Positions 20,336 through 29,000 of a stretch of 64,000 nucleotides of DNA are shown here, piece after piece. Source of the DNA: Candidatus Binatia bacterium (GTDB lineage: Bacteria > Desulfobacterota > Binatia > UBA9968 > JAJDTQ01). The notes below the pieces were generated by a model that had not been told where the DNA came from, did no database searches, and was given only the letters and a program-made list of their open reading frames with translations. The position numbers were made by a program, and so were the translations under genes. Numbering within the stretch: position 1 is the first letter of the stretch; every line of letters starts with the position of its first letter. The stretch covers positions 320,001 through 384,000 of the forward strand of contig OY762897.2 of NCBI GenBank assembly GCA_963666515.2. The letters are read 5' to 3'.

Positions 20336-23062
20336 GTGAGCCCGCGTGAGAGCGAGGCGGATGCGCGAATCGTCATCGACGAGTTGCTGAGGCAGGCAGG
20401 CTGGGACCCCGCGGACAAGTCGATGGTGGGCACCGAGGTGCCGTCGTCGCAATCGTCCGAGGCCATCGAGCTTGTGGACCGCTCCCGTGCACGGCCTTTC
20501 GAGATGCATGCCCCTGTCTACAATCTCGTGGCGGCGGCCGGGGAGTTCGGCCCGGACATGACCGTGGGAACGACCGCGGAGGAAATCGGCTGGAAAACCG
20601 TCCCCAGCCACGTCCGGCTCACCCGCGACCATTTCGTGGCGCGCGTGGACGGACAGTCCATGGAGCCCACCATCCCCGACCGTTCGTACTGTCTCTTCCG
20701 CACGGACCGGGGAGGGAGCCGCGAAGGCAAGCTCGTCCTCGTCTGGCATCGCGGCTGCTCCGATCCGGGTCTCGGCGGGGAGTTCTCGGTCAAGAAGTAC
20801 ACCAGCGCCAAGGCCGTGGCGCCGGACGGCGACACCTGGAGCCACCGTGAAATCCGGCTGAAGCCGCTCAACCCCGATCCGGCCTACCGCGACCTGGTCT
20901 TCGACCCGGCCGCCGAGGGCGACCTCCGCGTCATCGGCGAGTTCGTCTGCGTCCTGGACACGGCGGAAGGCGCGGAACCCAGACGCGGAAGGGCCGACTA
21001 CGTCCTCTATGACCAGCGCGGACGCCCCTTGGCCGTCATTGAGGCCAAGAAGAACGCCATCAACCCCTACGTCGCCAAGCAACAGGCGCTGCCGTATGCC
21101 AAGGCCCTGGGCGCGCCCTTCATCTTCTTGACCAACGGCGAACTGACCTACTTTTGGGACTACCAGAACGACGACGCCCGCCCCATCGCCGGCTTCTTCT
21201 CCCGCCGCGACCTGGAGCGGATCGTGGAGATGCGGGAACAGCGCAAGCCGCTGGCCACGGTCGATATCCCGGAACACTACATCCGCCAGGGGGAGACCCG
21301 CACGGTGCGGCCGTACCAGGCCGACGCCATGCGCGCCCTCGATCATGCCTTCGAGCTGGGCAAGCGCCGCTTCCTGATCGAGCTTCCGACCGGCACCGGC
21401 AAGACCGACCTCATGTGCCTGTACCTCAAGCGGCTGCTGGACGCCGGCTGGGCCGAGCGAGTCCTCTTCCTGGTAGACCGGGAACAGCTTGCCAAGCAGG
21501 CCATCGAGGCCATCCAGGACATCCTGTCCGCACACTCCAGCTATTGGCTGCGGCCGGGCTCGGCCCGCCAGGAACAGCAGATCACCGTCGCGCTGCTCCA
21601 GACCATGATCGGGCGAGTGGACGAATACACCGCCGGCTACTTCGACGTCGTTATCGCCGACGAGTGCCATCGCTCCATCTACGGCTCCTGGCAGACGGCA
21701 TTGACCCGGTTCGACGCGCTCCACATCGGCCTCACCGCCACGCCGGCGAGCTACATCGAGCGCAACACCTACGACTTCTACCAGTGCGAGCCCGGCAAGC
21801 CCGACGTGTCCTATCCGCTGAAGGAGGCCTTCCGCGACAAGTACCTGGTGCCGTACCGGTTCGCGACGGGCATCACCGAGATCGTGGCGGAAGGGGCCGA
21901 CGTGGACGACGAACACTACGACCCCGCCGAGTTCGAGCGCCGCTGGACCAACGCGGAGACGAACCGCCTGATGATGGAGGAGTTCGATCACCTCGCGTGG
22001 GAAAACTTCAAGGAGCTAGCGCCCGGCCAGGACCCCGGACCCGGCAAGGCCATCGTCTTCGCCATCACCAAGCACCATGCCGCGCGCCTGGCCCAGTACC
22101 TGAACGAGCTTCACCCCGAACACAAGGGCCGGTACGCGGAAGTCATCACCTCCGACGTGGCCGATCCGGACGCCTTGATACGGAAGTTCAAGAGGGAGAC
22201 CTATCCCATGGTGGCGGTCAGCGTTGGCATGCTCGACACTGGCTTCGACTGCCGGGAGGTGCTGCATCTGGTCCTGTGCCGCCGCGTACGGAGCCCCATT
22301 CTCTACCAGCAGATGCGCGGCCGCGGCACCCGCACCGCGCCGCACATCGGCAAGCAGCAGTTCGTGATCTACGACTTCTTCAAGAACCACGAGTACTTCA
22401 ACGACAGCGACGGCGGCGGGGTCACCGGCACGGGAGGCGGACACGCGCCGGACGGCCCCACGACGCCGCCGGAGCCGCCTCCTGCCCTTGTCGAGCTTGG
22501 CCTCGAAGACGAATGGCTCGAAGCCGTCACCTACATCGAGGTCGGTCCCGAGGGCGAGCGCGTCGACAAGAAAGAGTACGTGACCCACTGGGTGGAGACC
22601 ATCCGCTCCCAGGCAGCGGATGATCCGCTGCTCCGCAAGGTGCGGGACGAAGAGCCGCTGGAGCCGGACGAGGAAGAGGAACTCGCGCGGCGCCTCAACC
22701 GGCCCGAGCGCTACTTCAACGAGGACAACCTCCGGCGCGCCTACCGCGACCCGGGAGGCAGCCTCGTGGACTTCATCCGCGCGGCCCTCGGGCGGCTGCA
22801 CATCAAGAGCCGAGAGGAAAAACTGGAAGAGACCTTCCGCGCGTGGCTCGTCGCGCGTTCCCTCACGCCGCAGCAGGCCGAGTACCTCTGTCTGCTGAAG
22901 AACCGCGGCATCGCCACCGGGCGGGTCAGCCTCAGCGACCTCTTCGAGCCGCCGCTGTCGATTCTCGATGCCGCCGGCAAGGGTGTAGAATTGTTCGGGG
23001 AAGAGGGTCTAAAGGAAGTGGTCGCGCGGCTCAATGAAGATGTCTTCAGGGCCGCCGGTTGA
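20336..23062 (+). CDS. hsdR: Type I restriction endonuclease subunit R (EcoEI/EcoAI-like) with an inserted S24 LexA-like peptidase domain
   Basis: GTG start after GAGGAGG; ADYVL...IEAKK nuclease motif; RPYQ, PTGTGKT, DECHRS, GLTATP, MLDTGFD, QMRGRGTR helicase motifs; S24 motifs at about 20507-20956. Confidence 0.92.
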   Translation: MSPRESEADARIVIDELLRQAGWDPADKSMVGTEVPSSQSSEAIELVDRSRARPFEMHAPVYNLVAAAGEFGPDMTVGTTAEEIGWKTVPSHVRLTRDHFVARVDGQSMEPTIPDRSYCLFRTDRGGSREGKLVLVWHRGCSDPGLGGEFSVKKYTSAKAVAPDGDTWSHREIRLKPLNPDPAYRDLVFDPAAEGDLRVIGEFVCVLDTAEGAEPRRGRADYVLYDQRGRPLAVIEAKKNAINPYVAKQQALPYAKALGAPFIFLTNGELTYFWDYQNDDARPIAGFFSRRDLERIVEMREQRKPLATVDIPEHYIRQGETRTVRPYQADAMRALDHAFELGKRRFLIELPTGTGKTDLMCLYLKRLLDAGWAERVLFLVDREQLAKQAIEAIQDILSAHSSYWLRPGSARQEQQITVALLQTMIGRVDEYTAGYFDVVIADECHRSIYGSWQTALTRFDALHIGLTATPASYIERNTYDFYQCEPGKPDVSYPLKEAFRDKYLVPYRFATGITEIVAEGADVDDEHYDPAEFERRWTNAETNRLMMEEFDHLAWENFKELAPGQDPGPGKAIVFAITKHHAARLAQYLNELHPEHKGRYAEVITSDVADPDALIRKFKRETYPMVAVSVGMLDTGFDCREVLHLVLCRRVRSPILYQQMRGRGTRTAPHIGKQQFVIYDFFKNHEYFNDSDGGGVTGTGGGHAPDGPTTPPEPPPALVELGLEDEWLEAVTYIEVGPEGERVDKKEYVTHWVETIRSQAADDPLLRKVRDEEPLEPDEEEELARRLNRPERYFNEDNLRRAYRDPGGSLVDFIRAALGRLHIKSREEKLEETFRAWLVARSLTPQQAEYLCLLKNRGIATGRVSLSDLFEPPLSILDAAGKGVELFGEEGLKEVVARLNEDVFRAAG

Positions 23063-23072
23063 AGAGGAGTCC

Positions 23073-24722
23073 ATGGACCAGACACTGCGACGCAAGCTCG
23101 ATCACATCACCGACGTTCTGTGGGCTGGGGGTGTGACCAACCCGGTCACCTACATCGAGCAGATTTCCTACCTCATCTACCTGAAGCTCCTGGACGAGGA
23201 GGAGTCCGAGCGCGAGCTTAGAGGCCGCCTCGGAGTCGGCAACGGCGCCAGCCTCTTCCCTCGTCAAGCCGCCCGTTTCCGCTGGTCCAAGTGGCGTTTC
23301 CAGAGCGGCGAGGGGCTCCGCAACTTCGTTCGGGACGAGGTCTTCCCCTACATGGCCTCCCTGGTGAAAGACGAACCCCATGTGGCCGACTATTTCCGCG
23401 ACGCCGTACTCGAAATCGTCGATCCCAACGTGCTGAAGCAGGTCATCGACGAACTGGACTCCATCGATTTCCGCAAGCTCGGTCCCGACATCAAGGGCGA
23501 CATCTTCGAGTACCTGCTCACGCATCTCGGCCAGTCGGCACTCAACGGCCAGTTCCGGACGCCACGCCAGATCCGCGCCTTCATGGTCCAGATGGTCGAT
23601 CCGGATCTGGGCGATACAGTCTATGATCCGGCCTGCGGGACGGCCGGCTTCCTCATTGATGTGGTGGATCACATTCTCGCTCGCTACAGCGAGGAGCCCA
23701 AGGAAACCCCCATCTATGGCGAGGACTGGCTGGAGAAGCGCGAGCAGACACTGGATGAGGCGAAGAAGGAGATTCCAAACCTTCAGACTTATAGAAAGGG
23801 AGCAGGGGAGAAGATACCAGACTGGCGTCGCCTTGAGGCATCCATCTACGGCACCGACGTGTCACGCCAGATGATGCGGATCGCCTCGATGAACCTCGTG
23901 CTCCATGGCATCCGCCGCGCCAACCTCAAACGCGGCAATGTCCTTTCCGAGATGGGCGGCCTCACCGAAGACGACCTGAACCGCCGGTACTCGGTGATTC
24001 TTTCCAACCCTCCCTTCGCTGGGCAAATTCCGGCGGGATCCATTCGTCAGGACTTGCCGTCGAAGTCCAAGAAGAGCGAGCTTTTGTTCCTCGCCCTCAT
24101 GTTGCGGTCACTTGCCCCAGGCGGGCGTTGTGCCGTGGTGGTGCCCGAGGGGGCGCTCTTCGGCTCGACCAAGGCGCATAAGGAACTTCGCGGGAAGTTG
24201 CTACGAGAATATGAGGTGCAGGCAGTGGTTTCGCTGCCTTCCGGCGTGTTCAAGCCCTACGCCGGTGTCAAGACTTCTGTCCTTGTGATTCGCCGTCCTA
24301 CAATGGGGCCGGACGAGGGGCAGATCGGCACCAAACAGGTCTGGTTCTATGAGGTAGGTAACGACGGCTACGACCCGGACAAAATCCAAGGCGGCGGTCG
24401 CCCTGAGACGCCGGACAAAAACGACATCCCCGGCATGTTGGCAGCATGGGCTGACTACAAGGCGTCACGCTTCCAGGAGCCGCCGGGTGTGGAGACTGGT
24501 GTTTTTCTTGACGCCGGATGTGTGGAGCCACGCTGCTGGTGGGCGCCCTTCGAGACTATCGTGGACAGCGACTTCGATTTGGCCGCCTCTCGCTACAAGC
24601 CGCGCATCGGCCAAGAGTTTCCAGAGGAGGACCCCGTTGAATTGATCCGTGAGGTTCTCGCAATTGAGGAAGAGATTACGAGCGGGCTGGAAGCGCTGCT
24701 GAGTGAGGTTGAAGGCACGTGA
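23073..24722 (+). CDS. hsdM: Type I RM N6-adenine methyltransferase subunit M
   Basis: GDIFEYLL, GQFRTPR, DPACGTAGFL, NPPF, GVFKPYAGVKT. Confidence 0.95.
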   Translation: MDQTLRRKLDHITDVLWAGGVTNPVTYIEQISYLIYLKLLDEEESERELRGRLGVGNGASLFPRQAARFRWSKWRFQSGEGLRNFVRDEVFPYMASLVKDEPHVADYFRDAVLEIVDPNVLKQVIDELDSIDFRKLGPDIKGDIFEYLLTHLGQSALNGQFRTPRQIRAFMVQMVDPDLGDTVYDPACGTAGFLIDVVDHILARYSEEPKETPIYGEDWLEKREQTLDEAKKEIPNLQTYRKGAGEKIPDWRRLEASIYGTDVSRQMMRIASMNLVLHGIRRANLKRGNVLSEMGGLTEDDLNRRYSVILSNPPFAGQIPAGSIRQDLPSKSKKSELLFLALMLRSLAPGGRCAVVVPEGALFGSTKAHKELRGKLLREYEVQAVVSLPSGVFKPYAGVKTSVLVIRRPTMGPDEGQIGTKQVWFYEVGNDGYDPDKIQGGGRPETPDKNDIPGMLAAWADYKASRFQEPPGVETGVFLDAGCVEPRCWWAPFETIVDSDFDLAASRYKPRIGQEFPEEDPVELIREVLAIEEEITSGLEALLSEVEGT

Positions 24723-25954
24723 ACCCCTGGCATACCCAGCCAATCGGAGCTGTCTGTACACCGACCGAGCAGCGTGATCCTCGGGACGGTTCCGCGGGGG
24801 AGTTTCGATATGTCGACATCACCGGGATCGACCGCGTTCGCAAGAGGATCGCAGAATCCCGCACCATCCCTTGTGCAGATGCTCCGGGTCGGGCACGCAA
24901 GGTCATCCGGAAAGACGATGTACTTGTATCTACCGTTCGTCCAAACCTCAACGCGGTCGCGATGGTACCTGAGGAATTGGATGGCGAGATCGCCTCGACG
25001 GGATTCTGCGTTCTGCGTGCGAATAGAGAACTGCTTGATCCTCGATATCTGTTCTACCGCGTCATCTCTACCGATTTCGTTAAAGAGCTAACCTCGAAGG
25101 TAAGAGGCGCCAACTATCCAGCAGTATCTGATGCAGAAGTAAATAGAGTGGACATCCCGGTCCCCACCCTCTCCGAACAGCATCGCATCGTCGAGATCCT
25201 CGACCAAGCCGATCACCTCCGCCGGCTTCGCGCTGAAGTCGACGCCAAAGCCGATGGAATCCTCCCCGCAATCTTCCTCAGGATGTTCGGCGACCCTGCC
25301 ACGAACCCGATGAAGTGGCAGAAGTGTGCGCTTCATGAATTGGCGACCATTACGACTGGCAACACCCCCTCACGTAGGAGACCCGAGTACTACGGAGAGT
25401 TCATTGAATGGGTCAAGTCAGACAATCTCAATACCGCATCTCATTACGTTACTACAGCCGCAGAGGGCCTCTCGAACCTTGGGGCAAAAGTCGCCCGGAC
25501 GGTGCCTGCGGGGTCCACGCTCGTGACGTGTATCGCAGGTAGTCCAGGTGCCATTGGTAATTCGGCCTTGGCTGACCGAGAGGTTGCGTTTAATCAGCAA
25601 ATCAATGCCGCGACACCTAAGCTTGGCGTAGATAGCTGGTTTCTCTACGGGCAGTTCCTTGCCGGAAAGCGCCTTGTCCAGGATGCCTCGACAGGCGGGA
25701 TGAAGGGACTAGTATCGAAGCATCGCTTCAGCAGAATCGAGTTCATGGTGCCACCACTTGACTTGCAGAGGGACTTCGGACGGCACTGCAACCGCCTTTG
25801 CAATCAAAAGCAGGTACGCTTGAGAGAAGTTAGGCGGTTCAACAGACTGTTCGATATCCTGGTGGTTCGCGCCTTTTCAGGTAAGCTAACAGAGTCCTGG
25901 CGGGAAAGGAGTTTTTCAGGAGTTGGGGCAAAAAAAGCTAGCTCGACAAGGTGA
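24719..25954 (+). CDS. hsdS: Type I RM specificity subunit S
   Basis: Two TRDs, PTLSEQHRIVEILD, FGDPATNPMKW, PPLDLQRDF, AFSGKL; GTGA overlap with hsdM. Confidence 0.93.
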   Translation: MNPWHTQPIGAVCTPTEQRDPRDGSAGEFRYVDITGIDRVRKRIAESRTIPCADAPGRARKVIRKDDVLVSTVRPNLNAVAMVPEELDGEIASTGFCVLRANRELLDPRYLFYRVISTDFVKELTSKVRGANYPAVSDAEVNRVDIPVPTLSEQHRIVEILDQADHLRRLRAEVDAKADGILPAIFLRMFGDPATNPMKWQKCALHELATITTGNTPSRRRPEYYGEFIEWVKSDNLNTASHYVTTAAEGLSNLGAKVARTVPAGSTLVTCIAGSPGAIGNSALADREVAFNQQINAATPKLGVDSWFLYGQFLAGKRLVQDASTGGMKGLVSKHRFSRIEFMVPPLDLQRDFGRHCNRLCNQKQVRLREVRRFNRLFDILVVRAFSGKLTESWRERSFSGVGAKKASSTR

Positions 25955-26038
25955 GTTTCTCATGAGTTCGCAACTTGCGAAAACAACGCAGATTGTACGG
26001 CACGATCCGGTGAGATCCCGTCCCTCAGACTTCAAGCC

Positions 26039-29000
26039 ATGACACTTCCAGGTGGATCCGCAAATAAGCTTGGCAACCGCTATGAGGAGTTATGGACCGT
26101 ATGGGTATTGGTCCGTATGCTCCACGATGATGCCGAATCGATTCGGATCGAGGACCCGGGGACTGAGAAAGCCGAATTCGTAGTGACGTTGGCCTCCCAT
26201 CGAGAGCTGCATCAGGTGAAACGTGGCCACCGAGACGGTAAGTGGAGCCTCAAGGATCTCGGGGCGACCGATGGCGGACTACTTCATGTAATCGGGCAAC
26301 AACTAGCAGGCAATAGCGACCGATTTGTTTTTGCGTCAAGCAGTGACGCCGCGGTGTTGCGCAATTTGTGCGAGGAGGCGAGTGCCGCAGAATCGATTGA
26401 GGAGTTCAAGCGATGGTTTCTCGAGGCTGGAGATAAGAAGGAAGGATTCAAGACGCTTCAGGAGTGTTGGGGGTGTGATGTCTCCACCGCATTTGATCTC
26501 CTGCGGCGGATAGATGTCCAAACTATCGACGAGGCTGCACTCAAAGAGAAGTTGCTGTTGGGGGTTGAGGCCCTGTTCTTGGCGGATCCTCAGAAGGTCC
26601 TTGTCGAATTACGTGCCATAGTAAGGGATTCAGTACATCAGACGATTATCCGCGAAGGACTCGTCGACGCTCTCAAACAGCGCGGTTATCAGCTACGTCG
26701 GTTAACCAGCAGTCAACGGGCACGGGACGCTGTCAAGGCTGCGACCGATCAGTACCTGCACGGTGCGAAGATACAACTCATTCAGCATAGGCTCCTTCCG
26801 CGGCCGTCGACGACAATGCTGCTGGCGGGCCTGGAGGGACCTGCGACGGACCATGTCCTGACCGGTGGTGCAGGCTCAGGGAAGACAGCTTGCGTCGTCG
26901 AGGTTGTGGAGGCGGTGCGAGAGAGGGGACTGCCTGTGTTGGCGTTCCGGCTCGACCGCCTTCCCGCGCTATCAACGACGGAAGCTCTTGGACGCCAACT
27001 CGATCTTGAGGAGTCGCCGGTCCTTGTACTTGCGGCAGCGGCACAGACCGCCGGAGTCCCTGGCCTATTGATTGTGGATCAGTTGGATGCCGTCAGCACC
27101 ATGTCGGGCAGGAGTTCTGGTGCCTTCGATCTGGTCGAGCGGTTGCTTCACGAGGCGCGAGGTACTCGCACACGGGCCACTATCCACACCGTCGTCGTTT
27201 GCCGAGCCTTCGACTGGAGAAATGATTCACGGCTGCGGCGGCTCCTGCCTGACGAACACGGACAAGTCGACGTTACCGAGTTCACGGATGAGGAGGTCAG
27301 GGAGTTTCTGACTAATGCGGGTTTTGACACGGCGTGGTTCCGGTCAGGTCAACTGGAGTTGCTCCGGCTTCCGCAAAACCTCTCGCTTTTTCTTGAGGCT
27401 GGTTTTGACACGCGTCTCGCGCCAGCTTTCCGGACGGCGACGGATCTATTTAGTCGATACTGGGATGAAAAGCGACGGTCGGTCGCCGATCGAGTCGTAC
27501 CATCCGCTGACCAGTGGATGGAGGTTATGGAAATTCTATGCGAAGAGATGACCTCCACTCAGCAGCTATCAGTAGCCAAAGAGAGACTTGACACGATTCC
27601 GATCAGCTACTTGGACCAACTGGCGTCGGAGGGCGTGGTTACGTTTGACGGGCGCCGTTACGGGTTCGGTCACGAGAGCTTCTTCGACTATTGCTTCGCC
27701 CGAGTGTTCTTCAATCGGTCGGATTCGCTCGTGTCCTTCCTCAAGGGGCCAGACCAGCATCTGTTCCGTCGCGCTCAGGTTCGGCAGGTGCTGGCCTATC
27801 TACGTGACGCAGATTCTGTGCGTTACATTCAGGAACTTCACAGCCTGCTCTCGGATGAGGGAATACGGGTCCATCTCAAGGATCTAGCTTTTGCGCTTCT
27901 TGCCGCAGTCGTGGATCCGACCGAGGAAGAGTGGACCATCTGGCAAGAATGGCTTGCACCGGCGCTCAGCGCCATCGAGGGTGGGCTTCGCAACGCGAAC
28001 AAACTGTCTGAATTGGCGTGGCGGCGGTTTTTTGGCGCACCCTCGTGGTTTGATGTCGCCGATCACCGCGGCTTGGTCGAGGCTTGGCTGGCCTCAGATA
28101 ACGGTGAACTTGCAAACACTGCATTGAACTACTTGAGGTTGCATCAAGGCAATTCGCCGGATCGCGTTGCAGCCTTGCTCGAACCATATGCCGACTGTGG
28201 TGGTCAGTGGAAGGTGAGGCTTCGATTCTTTATGGAATCGGCCGACCATCACACGAGTCGTCGCGTGTTTGACCTGTTTCTCCGTCTCGTGGACAACGGT
28301 ACACTCGACGAAGCCCGCGGGTCGAGGGCGGTGAACGGTACATTCTGGGACATGCTCCATGATCTCGGCGAAAACCGTCCAGAGTGGGTTCCGGAGGTGC
28401 TAGCCCATGTGCTCCGGCGGCGCCTTGCGATAGTCCGGGCCGCCGGGGAAGATCTACGCAAACCGGATCTCCTTGGTTACGACGCCTCTGCCGCAGAGAT
28501 GTTAGGGAAGTCCGCGAAATCCGCTCCCGCCGTGTTCGTGAAGCACGTGCTGCCTTTGGTTCTCGATATTTCGGAGGCAACCGTCCTTCCCGGTGGAGAA
28601 CCACCAAAACACGATGTTGTGTGGTCGTATCTTATCAAGACGGAGCATCCCAGGGGCGAGGATGCGTGTCTTTCGGGATTGGTCGCAGCGATCGGTGCAC
28701 TGGCGCGTGATGGTACAGCAAATTTACGCGACATTGTCGCTGACCTGCGCAGTCGCGACACACACATCGCAAACCACTTGTTGCTTGCCCTTTACGCTGG
28801 CGGTGCCGCACACTACGCGGACGAAGCGATTTCGTTGCTTTGTGATCAACCATGGCGGTTCCAATGTGGGTTTTCTGACAGCCCGGTTTGGTGCGCGATG
28901 GAACTCATCAAGGTAGTGCTTCCGCACTGCACCGTCGAGAGTCGCGAAAGGCTCGAAGATGTGCTCCTTCGTTACGCCGCACCTTTCGAGCGCAGTAGTG

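Noticed and set aside
20507-20956. HsdR insertion as an intein
   Set aside because: No Cys/Ser start with a His-Asn end and no LAGLIDADG motifs; the motifs match an S24 peptidase instead.
25998-26012. Second sigma-54 promoter before the STAND gene (CGGCACG-ATCC-GGTG)
   Set aside because: The -24 element fits, but the essential -12 GC is absent.
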